A model generated the notes under the pieces. That model did not search any database, was not told the origin of the DNA, and saw only the letters and a program-made list of their open reading frames with translations. Positions 47,864-56,019 of a stretch of 64,000 nt of DNA are shown here, piece after piece. Each line of letters starts with the position of its first letter. Position 1 is the stretch's first letter. The stretch lies in contig CBDAOB010000005.1 of assembly GCA_965197905.1 (NCBI GenBank), positions 512,001 through 576,000 on the forward strand. The letters are read 5' to 3'. This stretch comes from Candidatus Latescibacterota bacterium (lineage in GTDB: Bacteria; Latescibacterota; UBA2968; UBA8231). Both the position numbers and the translations under genes were made by a program.

Positions 47864-49390
47864 ATGAGTAACGACAATCTGCCGGTGCCATTTCTCGACT
47901 GGTTCGAGTTGTGGCCGGGTGCCGCCGGATATGAGCAGGATGGTCGCGCTTTCATCGGCGAATTCCCAACCGGTGTAAAACTCTCCGTCCAGGAGCCGGA
48001 AGAGAAGCGCGACTTCCACCTGCCAGCAGATAAGCCGTGGGAGGGCGGGCACGCCGATATCGGCACGATGCTGTTTCACGACGGGCGCTTTCGGCTCTGG
48101 TACAAAACGTCGCCACCGGGAGATGATACCACCGCTCTCTGTTACGCCGAGAGCGACGACGGCAACAAATGGGAAAAGCCGAATCTGGGGCTGCGTGAGT
48201 TTCAGGGTAGCAAGGAGAACAACATGCTGCCGGAAACGCAGTTGCGTGAAGGATCGATTTTTCTCGACACCAATCCGAAGACCCCCGATGCCGAGCGTTA
48301 TAAAATGGTGTATATGGAAGGCTGGTGGAAGCGCGGCGGCGAGTATATGGAAGGCCTGGAGGATGAGCCCGACGCCCTCAAGCTCAGGACCGATCTTTGT
48401 GCCGAGGGTCGCAGCGAACAGGAGATCATGGAACAGATCGGGCTCATGGGCCATTTCAAGGGTGCGGTGTCGCCGGACGGGTTCGTCTGGACGCCGCTCG
48501 AGGACACCCTGCTTGAGATGTTCTGCGACTCCGACAATATCGTGTTCTTCGACGAGGATCGAGGGCGCTACGTGGGTTATTTCCGCCACAACATGTTTCG
48601 CGAAACGGTGCCGACCGTCTGGCCACCCAATCCTTGGCGCTGCATCGGCCGTGCCGAGACCACCGATTTCCGCGACTGGCCGACACCCACGATCGTCGTT
48701 CAACCCGACGCCGATGAACCGCCGACCCAGGATATCTACACCAACGCCTACGCGCTGTATCCGGGAGGCAACTACCACATCCTATTTCCCAGCATCTTCC
48801 ACCGCGGCACCGACACCGTCGACACCCAGATCGCCGTCAGCCGCAACGGGGTCTCCTGGTTCCGCCACCGGGATCCGATCCTCAAGCTCGGCTCGCCCGA
48901 GACCCATGAAGACGGGGGCATCTACGTGCGCCACGGGATCTTTCCCCTCGACGCCAACCACTGGGGCGTGCCGTACATCTGCATGAGCGCCCGGCACAAC
49001 GAAGGGTACTACTACGACACCTACGACAAGAACAATTTCTACCGCTGGGCCATCTGGCAACGGGATCGTCTGATCGCGCTGGAGGCGGAAGTGGAGGGAC
49101 AGGTCACCTTGCTGCCGCGGGTCTGCCAGGGAAATCAGCTGATGCTCAATCTTAAGACCGAACCGGGTGGCTGGGTACGGGCCGCCTTCATCGAACCGAT
49201 GCTCTGGCCCCCCGAACAGATCAAACCGATCGACGGGTTCTCCTTCGATGACTGCGAAGCGGTGCGCGGCGACGACCTGGAAGCGGCTGTTGGCTTCAAC
49301 GGGAGCAAAGACCTGAGCGCGCTCAAAGGGCGCAACATCTGCCTGTGCCTGCAGATCTGTCGGGCCAAGGTTTTTTCCACCCAGATGTAG
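47864..49390 (+). CDS. Five-bladed beta-propeller glycoside hydrolase-like protein (GH32/43/130-like) with C-terminal beta-sandwich
   Basis: 508 aa; KPWEG, FRLWY, CYAESDDGNKWEKPNLG, SPDGFVW, DSDNIVFFD, SRNGVSW, RDRL, LMLN. Confidence 0.7.
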   Translation: MSNDNLPVPFLDWFELWPGAAGYEQDGRAFIGEFPTGVKLSVQEPEEKRDFHLPADKPWEGGHADIGTMLFHDGRFRLWYKTSPPGDDTTALCYAESDDGNKWEKPNLGLREFQGSKENNMLPETQLREGSIFLDTNPKTPDAERYKMVYMEGWWKRGGEYMEGLEDEPDALKLRTDLCAEGRSEQEIMEQIGLMGHFKGAVSPDGFVWTPLEDTLLEMFCDSDNIVFFDEDRGRYVGYFRHNMFRETVPTVWPPNPWRCIGRAETTDFRDWPTPTIVVQPDADEPPTQDIYTNAYALYPGGNYHILFPSIFHRGTDTVDTQIAVSRNGVSWFRHRDPILKLGSPETHEDGGIYVRHGIFPLDANHWGVPYICMSARHNEGYYYDTYDKNNFYRWAIWQRDRLIALEAEVEGQVTLLPRVCQGNQLMLNLKTEPGGWVRAAFIEPMLWPPEQIKPIDGFSFDDCEAVRGDDLEAAVGFNGSKDLSALKGRNICLCLQICRAKVFSTQM

Positions 49391-49451
49391 TGCGGCGTCC
49401 CAGGCCCCGAACTCTTCAACTACCCCCGGGACACGACACTGGAGATGATCA

Positions 49452-50900
49452 ATGACGGCAAAGACGAAGGAACTCTTCCTGGATTGGCATGGCCTCTGGC
49501 CTGGTGCCACTGGATACGACAAGGATGGCAGTGCATTTATCAGCGAGGCACCGTCGGGTGTAAAGCTTTCGGTGCAGTCCGCAACGGTCACCGAACCGGT
49601 GTTGGTTGCGGACCAACCGTGGGAAGGATCGACGTTCGGGTACGTCACCGCGCGACATATCGATGGCAAGTACCGCCTGTGGTACGGATTTACGGGGGGG
49701 CTCGCATATGCCGAAAGCGACGACGGCTGGAGCTGGGAGAAACCGATTCTGAACCTCATCGAGCACGAGGGTTCTAAGGCGAACAACCTGGTGCTCGATA
49801 CGGGGATCGAAGGCAGCGTGTTTCTCGATCCCAGCGCACCGGATGCGGAACGCTACAAGCTGGTGACGATGAGGGCTTCCGCTGACCGCAAGGGGGCACG
49901 GATCGAAGGGGCCGAGCTGGAGCGGTGCCTGTCGGAGCTGAAGGAGCGCGGAATTCCGCCGGCCGAGATATTCGGCAAGGAGCTTCAGCTGGTGGGCGCA
50001 GTGCACGGAGCGGTTTCGCCGGACGGCCTCAGCTGGACCTTCCTAGACGAGCCCCTGTTCGAGAAGTTCTGCGACACCCAAAATGTAGTGCTGTACGACG
50101 AAGCTAATAAGAAGTACGTCGGTTACTGGCGCTCGAGCGCCGGCAGGAGGCGCAGCATCGCGCGCTCGGAGACCGACGACTTTCGCCATTGGCCGCTTCC
50201 CGACATCGTCGCCCAGCCCGATGGCGAGGTGCCGCCCACAGACGACTATTACACCAACGGCTACTCCCCCTATCCCGGGCATGACGGTTTTCATCTGCTA
50301 TTCCCAGCCATCTACCGTCGGGTCCGCGACTTGACGGAAGTGAGTATGGCGGTGAGCCGCGACGGCATAAACTGGTCGTGGCCGGATCGCGATCAGGTTA
50401 TTCCAGCGAAACCTCCGTACAGCGGCGGTCTCTATCCCGGGCCGGGGTTGCTACCCTTGAGTGATGACCGTTGGGGATTGATCTGCCGCAGTCAAGAGGC
50501 GCTGCACAACGAGGGATATTATTACAACCCGCAGGTCACTCGAGGCGAGTTGCGCTGGGCAACCTGGACACGCGATCGGCTTTCCGGCTTGGAAGCGACG
50601 GAGCGGGGTCAGGTGACCACCAATCAGATGCGGGCCAGCGGCGATTCCCTCGTGCTCAACTACCAGACCTCTCCCAACGGGTGGATCCGGGTGGAGTTCA
50701 TCGAGCCGACCCTGTGGCCGCCGGCGCGGCTTGAGCCGATGCCGGGCTACAGCTTCGGGGAGTGCGACGAGCTCCGTGGAGACGAGTTGGAAAAGAAGGT
50801 GAGCTGGAACGGCAATGCTGATCTGTCCTCGATGAAGGGAAAGAACATCTGCATGCGCATCGAGCTGTGTCAGGCGACCTTGTTCTCTCTCTCCATCTGA
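49452..50900 (+). CDS. Five-bladed beta-propeller glycoside hydrolase-like protein, tandem paralogue
   Basis: 482 aa; colinear with its neighbours (LFLDW..LWPGATGY, YAESDDGWSWEKP, CDTQNVV, SRDGINW). Confidence 0.7.
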   Translation: MTAKTKELFLDWHGLWPGATGYDKDGSAFISEAPSGVKLSVQSATVTEPVLVADQPWEGSTFGYVTARHIDGKYRLWYGFTGGLAYAESDDGWSWEKPILNLIEHEGSKANNLVLDTGIEGSVFLDPSAPDAERYKLVTMRASADRKGARIEGAELERCLSELKERGIPPAEIFGKELQLVGAVHGAVSPDGLSWTFLDEPLFEKFCDTQNVVLYDEANKKYVGYWRSSAGRRRSIARSETDDFRHWPLPDIVAQPDGEVPPTDDYYTNGYSPYPGHDGFHLLFPAIYRRVRDLTEVSMAVSRDGINWSWPDRDQVIPAKPPYSGGLYPGPGLLPLSDDRWGLICRSQEALHNEGYYYNPQVTRGELRWATWTRDRLSGLEATERGQVTTNQMRASGDSLVLNYQTSPNGWIRVEFIEPTLWPPARLEPMPGYSFGECDELRGDELEKKVSWNGNADLSSMKGKNICMRIELCQATLFSLSI

Positions 50901-50940
50901 GTCACATCATTGTTTCACTCAACATGGGGATTCAACTACA

Positions 50941-52386
50941 ATGATCGAACGTTCCAAAGAGCTGTTCCTGGATTGGTTCGCCATATGGCCCGGTGCCACC
51001 GGGTACGACGCCGACGGAACCGCGTTCATCAGCGAGGCACCCAGTGGGGTAGAGCTTGCTGTGCAGCCGGCTACGATAACGGAACCGGTGATGACCGCCG
51101 ACAAACCGTGGGAAGGCAACTTCCTGTCCTCATCGACGGTACTGGTAGAGGACGGCAAGTACCGGCTCTGGTATGGCGCCGCCTGCGGCACTTGCTATGC
51201 CGAGAGTGCCGACGGGTTCAACTGGGAGAAACCGGTGCTGAATATCCAGGAGCACGACGGCTCCACCGCAAACAACGCGGTCTACACCCGCAACGTCGCC
51301 GGCAACGTGTTTCGCGATCCCAGCGCCCCCGACTCCGAGCGTTATAAGCTGGTGGATCTGGAGGCGTCGTGGGTGCACGAAGGCAAAGACATCCCCGAGC
51401 AGGAGGCTCTGCGGCTTCGGGAAGAGCTGATGAAGGTCACGGCGACGCAGGAGGAGCTCGCCGCAAAGCTTTCCATACGTGGTGCCGTGCACGGCGCGGT
51501 CTCACCCGATGGTCTGCACTGGGAAACAATCAAGGAACCGCTGTTCGTGAAGTTCTGCGACACCCAGAACGTGGTCTATTACGATCCCGAACGAAAAAAG
51601 TATATCGGCTACTGGCGTGATAGCGCCGGTCGGCGCCGCAGCATCGCGCGCTCGGAAACGGATGACTTCCGCAGCTGGCCCCAGCCGGATCTGATCTTTG
51701 CTCCGGACAGCCAGGATGCCCCCACCGACGACTACTACACCAACTGCTACTCCCGCTACCCCGGCAAGGACGACCTGCATCTCATGTTCCCCGCCATTTA
51801 CCGGCGGGTGCGCGACACCGTGGAGGTGCAGATAGCGGTCAGCCGGGACGAGCACAACTGGTCGTGGCCTTCGCGCACACCGGTTATTACTGACGCACCC
51901 GAATATCCCGGAGGCATCTACCCGGGACCCGGACTCATACCGTTGGACGCAGACCAGTGGGGTCTTATCTGCCCCTGCGAAGAGTCGCTGCACAACCTCG
52001 GATATTACATCGAACCCGCACCGACCCGAGGCCAGCTGCGCTGGGCGGTGTGGCAGCGGGATCGCCTGGTCGCCCTGAAAGCTCAAGAAAGCGGAGAGTT
52101 TACCACCAACAAACTGGAATGCAGTGGCGCGTCGCTGATCCTCAACTACCGGACCTCGCCCAACGGCTGGATTCGCGTGGCGCTCATCGAACCCACCTTG
52201 TGGCCGCCGGCCAGACTGAACCCGATGGACGGCTACGGGTTCGAGGATTGCGAGGCGCTCCGCGGTGATAGCCTGGAATCCGAGGTGCAGTGGAAGGGGA
52301 GCGCGGATCTGTCCTTTCTGAAGGGGAAGGAGATCTGCCTGCGCATCGAGCTGTGCCAGGCGGAGCTGTTCTCGCTGGCATTGTAG
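50941..52386 (+). CDS. Five-bladed beta-propeller glycoside hydrolase-like protein, tandem paralogue
   Basis: 481 aa; closest to 49452..50900 (SAGRRRSIARSETDDF, PTDDYYTN, IEPTLWPPARL). Confidence 0.7.
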   Translation: MIERSKELFLDWFAIWPGATGYDADGTAFISEAPSGVELAVQPATITEPVMTADKPWEGNFLSSSTVLVEDGKYRLWYGAACGTCYAESADGFNWEKPVLNIQEHDGSTANNAVYTRNVAGNVFRDPSAPDSERYKLVDLEASWVHEGKDIPEQEALRLREELMKVTATQEELAAKLSIRGAVHGAVSPDGLHWETIKEPLFVKFCDTQNVVYYDPERKKYIGYWRDSAGRRRSIARSETDDFRSWPQPDLIFAPDSQDAPTDDYYTNCYSRYPGKDDLHLMFPAIYRRVRDTVEVQIAVSRDEHNWSWPSRTPVITDAPEYPGGIYPGPGLIPLDADQWGLICPCEESLHNLGYYIEPAPTRGQLRWAVWQRDRLVALKAQESGEFTTNKLECSGASLILNYRTSPNGWIRVALIEPTLWPPARLNPMDGYGFEDCEALRGDSLESEVQWKGSADLSFLKGKEICLRIELCQAELFSLAL

Positions 52387-52543
52387 GTTCGAAATCGGCC
52401 GGGGGGTTTTGACATCGGGTTCCGGGACCCGCGCAACTTCGATTCCCTCACCTTCTTCGTGTGCACAATCGTAAATTTCACCGTGTTCGGCCGCGTGCTC
52501 CGACCGGCCTTCGTTATGCCGACACAGCAACGAAGGTACCTTG

Positions 52544-52561
52544 ACCTACAATGTTGTAGGT
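52544..52561. promoter_or_regulatory. 18-bp dyad (candidate operator) overlapping a TTGACC -35-like hexamer
   Basis: ACCTACAA-TG-TTGTAGGT, about 60 nt upstream of the SGNH/uxuA-like genes; TTGACC at 52541-52546. Confidence 0.5.
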
Positions 52562-52623
52562 TGCGTAATTCTGCATTCTCATCTTCGTAGGCGCAGCACA
52601 GCGAAGGGGCAAAGACAACTGCT

Positions 52624-53211
52624 ATGAAACGGATCGTATGCATCGGCGACTCTATTCGCGGGGGGTACCAAGCGATAGTTACCGACGAGCTTGCCGGATG
52701 GGGCGAGATCCTCGGGATAGGGGATCAACAGGGAGGGCACACCCGAAACGTCCTGGAGCACTTGAGAGAATGGGCGGTACAAAACAAGCCGGATATCGTG
52801 CACATCAACGCCGGCCTGCACGACATGGCAAGAGACCCCGGACCCGGTCCTGAGAACAGGGTGGCGCTAGACAAGTACGGCAAGAACCTGCGCCAGATCT
52901 TTACGATTATTCGCGACGAAACCGATGCCCTTGTTCTGTTTGCTTTGACGACGCCCGTGGATCTGGCGCGACAGCATGCGGTCGAGTACGGATGTAACCG
53001 GACCACAGAGGACGTCAACGCATACAACGCGGCGGCACGTTCGGCGGCGGCGGACTTCGACGTTCCCGTCATCGATCTGCACCAGGTGGTTGTGGATAAC
53101 GACGTTGGCACCATGCTGGGCGAGGACGGCGTTCATTTCACCGAAGCGGCGTCCGCCATTCTCGGCAAGGCGGTGGCCGACTTCATACGAACCGAAGGAG
53201 ATTCAGCATGA
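52624..53211 (+). CDS. SGNH/GDSL family esterase
   Basis: 195 aa; blocks GDSI, GGHT, NAGLHD, DGVH are all present. Confidence 0.92.
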   Translation: MKRIVCIGDSIRGGYQAIVTDELAGWGEILGIGDQQGGHTRNVLEHLREWAVQNKPDIVHINAGLHDMARDPGPGPENRVALDKYGKNLRQIFTIIRDETDALVLFALTTPVDLARQHAVEYGCNRTTEDVNAYNAAARSAAADFDVPVIDLHQVVVDNDVGTMLGEDGVHFTEAASAILGKAVADFIRTEGDSA

Positions 53212-54227
53212 GAATAGGAGCCTTTCTGGGCGCTCACAGCGACACCTTTCTTCAATTTTGTCAACAGTACGGGGTTACCGACATCGTCGGCGGGTTTTAC
53301 TCCATGGCCGACTACACGCGTAAGTTTCCACCGGATGCAGGTGACAAGCCCGGATCCCATTGGGACTACCTGGAACTGGTGCAATTGCGCGAGCGTGTCG
53401 AGGCGTTCGGACTCACTCTGGCGAGCATGGAGAATCCCCATCCGAGCTGGTGTTTCGATCACGTGATGCTGGGATTGCCCGGAAGGGACCAACAGCTGGA
53501 GAATCTGTTCATCACGATTCGCAACATGGGACGCGCGGGCATTCCCTATGTCGGATACAACTGGATGGTCAATCCAGCCAGGCTTTGGCGTTTTTCGACA
53601 CGCACCTCAACGAACTACCCGGCGCGAGGCGGAGCGCATTCCGATCTGCTGGATATGGCGGAGGTGGACAAGGCGCCCCTCTTTCGCGAGCGCGAGTATA
53701 CGGCCGCAGAGATGTGGGAGAACTACGAATACTTCGTGCGCGCGATCATTCCGGTGCTGGAGGAATCCAATGTGCGCATGGGACTTCACCCCGACGACCC
53801 ACCGACACCAAAGGTCGGCGGCATCGCGCGGATCTTTCACAGTCCGGACGGTTACCAGCGCGCCATGGACCTGGCAGGCAGCCCGGTGAGCGCGGTGAAT
53901 TTCTGTCTGGGAAACTGGACCGCCATGGGCACTGACATTCCTGCTTCGATCCGGCAGTTCGGCGAGCGCGGCCAGATCCTCTATGGACACGCACAGGGTG
54001 TGCAGGGTACCGTCCCACGATTCAACGAGTGTTTCCTCGATCAATCCGACTGCGACTACTTCGAAATCGTGCGCACCTTCGACGAGATCGGCCTCGACAC
54101 CTTTCTCGCCGTCGCCCACCTGCCTCGCACCGTCAATGACGGCCCCCCACAGCTTCAGGGACATGGCTTCGCGATAGGATTCATGGCCGGCATTATCAGG
54201 GCGGCACAAAACGCCAACGGCCGGTGA
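53208..54227 (+). CDS. uxuA: Mannonate dehydratase (UxuA)-family protein, divergent
   Basis: 339 aa; MLGLPGRDQQLE, IRNMGRAGIPYVGYNWM, MWENYEYF, LHPDDPP, NFCLG. ATGA overlap with the SGNH gene. Confidence 0.75.
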   Translation: MRIGAFLGAHSDTFLQFCQQYGVTDIVGGFYSMADYTRKFPPDAGDKPGSHWDYLELVQLRERVEAFGLTLASMENPHPSWCFDHVMLGLPGRDQQLENLFITIRNMGRAGIPYVGYNWMVNPARLWRFSTRTSTNYPARGGAHSDLLDMAEVDKAPLFREREYTAAEMWENYEYFVRAIIPVLEESNVRMGLHPDDPPTPKVGGIARIFHSPDGYQRAMDLAGSPVSAVNFCLGNWTAMGTDIPASIRQFGERGQILYGHAQGVQGTVPRFNECFLDQSDCDYFEIVRTFDEIGLDTFLAVAHLPRTVNDGPPQLQGHGFAIGFMAGIIRAAQNANGR

Positions 54228-54336
54228 AAATGGCGTTGCTGCCAAAGTCATCCTTCACGCCGACAGCCAGTCCGCAGCTTGCCGCATCAAAGCGGGTCCA
54301 CGGACGGAGCACAACCACAGCGAATGGAGATTTGCC

Positions 54337-55834
54337 ATGATCGTAGAAAACGGCGGACCACCCACCGATTTGGACGAAGCAGTTCTATTTCCGTTCGACA
54401 GCCGCACCATCCCTCTGCGGTATCTGCTGCAACCGGGTCTGGTGCCGGCAACCAACCCGTACAGACCACACCCCAAGGTGCTCGAGCCGGGTGGTCCCGA
54501 AGCCCCCGATCACGTGGCCGTAAAATTCTACGGCACGGTGATCCGCATTGGCGACGAGTTGCGCATGTGGTACATCGGCACGGGCGAGGAAGATGGAAAA
54601 AAACGGGGACCACATATCTGTTACGCCGTAAGCAAGGATGGAATCAACTGGGAAAAACCGGAGCTGGGCTTGGTCGAATTCAACGGCAACACACGAAACA
54701 ACCTGGTGGAATTCGACAGCCCCCATCGCGAGTCGATCTGGCGCCCTTCTGGTGCTGCACGATCCGGAGGATGCCGATCCCGGACGCCGCTTCAAGCTGA
54801 TCAATGAGGTCCATCCGTTCCTCAATATCGCGGCCTTCAGCCCCGACGGTTTCGTCTGGAAGGAATCACCGAACAATCCGATCCTCAAACACAACGCCAT
54901 CGAACCGGGCGGCCTGATGAGGTTCAACGGCTGTTATTACATGACCGGGCAGGGGGGTAACGTCGGTTCCAAGCGAGCGTTGGTAACCTACATGTCCTAC
55001 GACTTCGACCACTGGACCGACGCGGTTGCCATCGGTCTGCGGCGCGACGTTCCTCCCTACAAACAGATTCCCGGCTGTCATGCAGGCGAACAGGTTCATC
55101 TGGGGGCCAGCTTGTGGAACCGCGGTAACGTGGTGATCGGATTCTACGGCGCCTGGCATGGAGAGAGCAACGATCGCGGCTTCGTGTCGATGGATCTCGG
55201 GCTTGTGGTCAGCAACGACGGTCTCCAGTTCGTGGAGCCGATTCCCGATTTTCAGATCGTTTCCGCTTACGAAATCGACCGCCGCTACCCGGCACACCCC
55301 CAACCTTGCCTCGAGCAGGGACAGGGTTTCGAGAACATAGGCGACGAGACCTTGATCTGGTACGCGCCGTGGCGTGGCGGATTTATCTGCGTCGCCCGCT
55401 GGCCACGCGATCGGCTAGGATATTTCGAGGTGGTTACCGACCCCAAGCCGGCACTGCTGATGGCGGAGGACACCCACTCCATGTTCTGGCGCGAGCATGT
55501 GGGAGATATGGTGCCCGAAAAGACGGACCCTCACTTCATCACCTGTCCCATTCGGTTGAACGGCAAAGCCACACGCGCGTTCCTGAACGCCGACGGGTTG
55601 TCCGCAGAGGCGCAGCTCCGGGTTGAAGTGCTGGATCTGCAGTTCAAGCCGATCGACGGGCTTTCGGGAGCGTCATGTATCCCCGTTACCAAACCTGGTC
55701 TGCGGCAGGAGGTTGGGTGGAAGGACGAAGATCGATTGCACGATCTGGCGGATCCGGTGCGCCTGAAAATCACCTGGGAAGGACCGCGGCCGGATGACGT
55801 TCATCTCTACGCCACTTACCTGGAGACGGCCTGA
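54337..55834 (+). pseudogene. Beta-propeller glycoside hydrolase-like gene split by one frameshift (pseudogene or sequencing error)
   Basis: 54337..54807 carries LRMWY...CYAVSKDGINWEKPELG...NNLV and 54638..55834 continues (VLHDPEDADPGRRFK, SPDGFVW, SNDGLQF, RDRLG, FLNA). Removing one base, e.g. from the C5 run at 54720-54724, joins them into ~498 aa. Confidence 0.75.
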
Positions 55835-56019
55835 TTTACAGTTACCATAGCGGCGAAACGGAGTCAGGGTATCCCCTCGGCGCAGCCCCCTGAACGGCCC
55901 TTGCGCGCTCCAGCACCGAAAAAATACTTTGAGATTCCCTGGTGCACTTGTTACATTTCCATGATTATATATAAAAACCTCTATATAAGGCTTTTCGCAT
56001 CCTGTCGATATCGCGATAT

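Noticed and set aside
55945..55990. AT-rich stretch with TTGTTA...TATAAA upstream of barrel array 3
   Set aside because: Probably the promoter region, but several overlapping -10 candidates and non-ideal spacing prevent a specific call.
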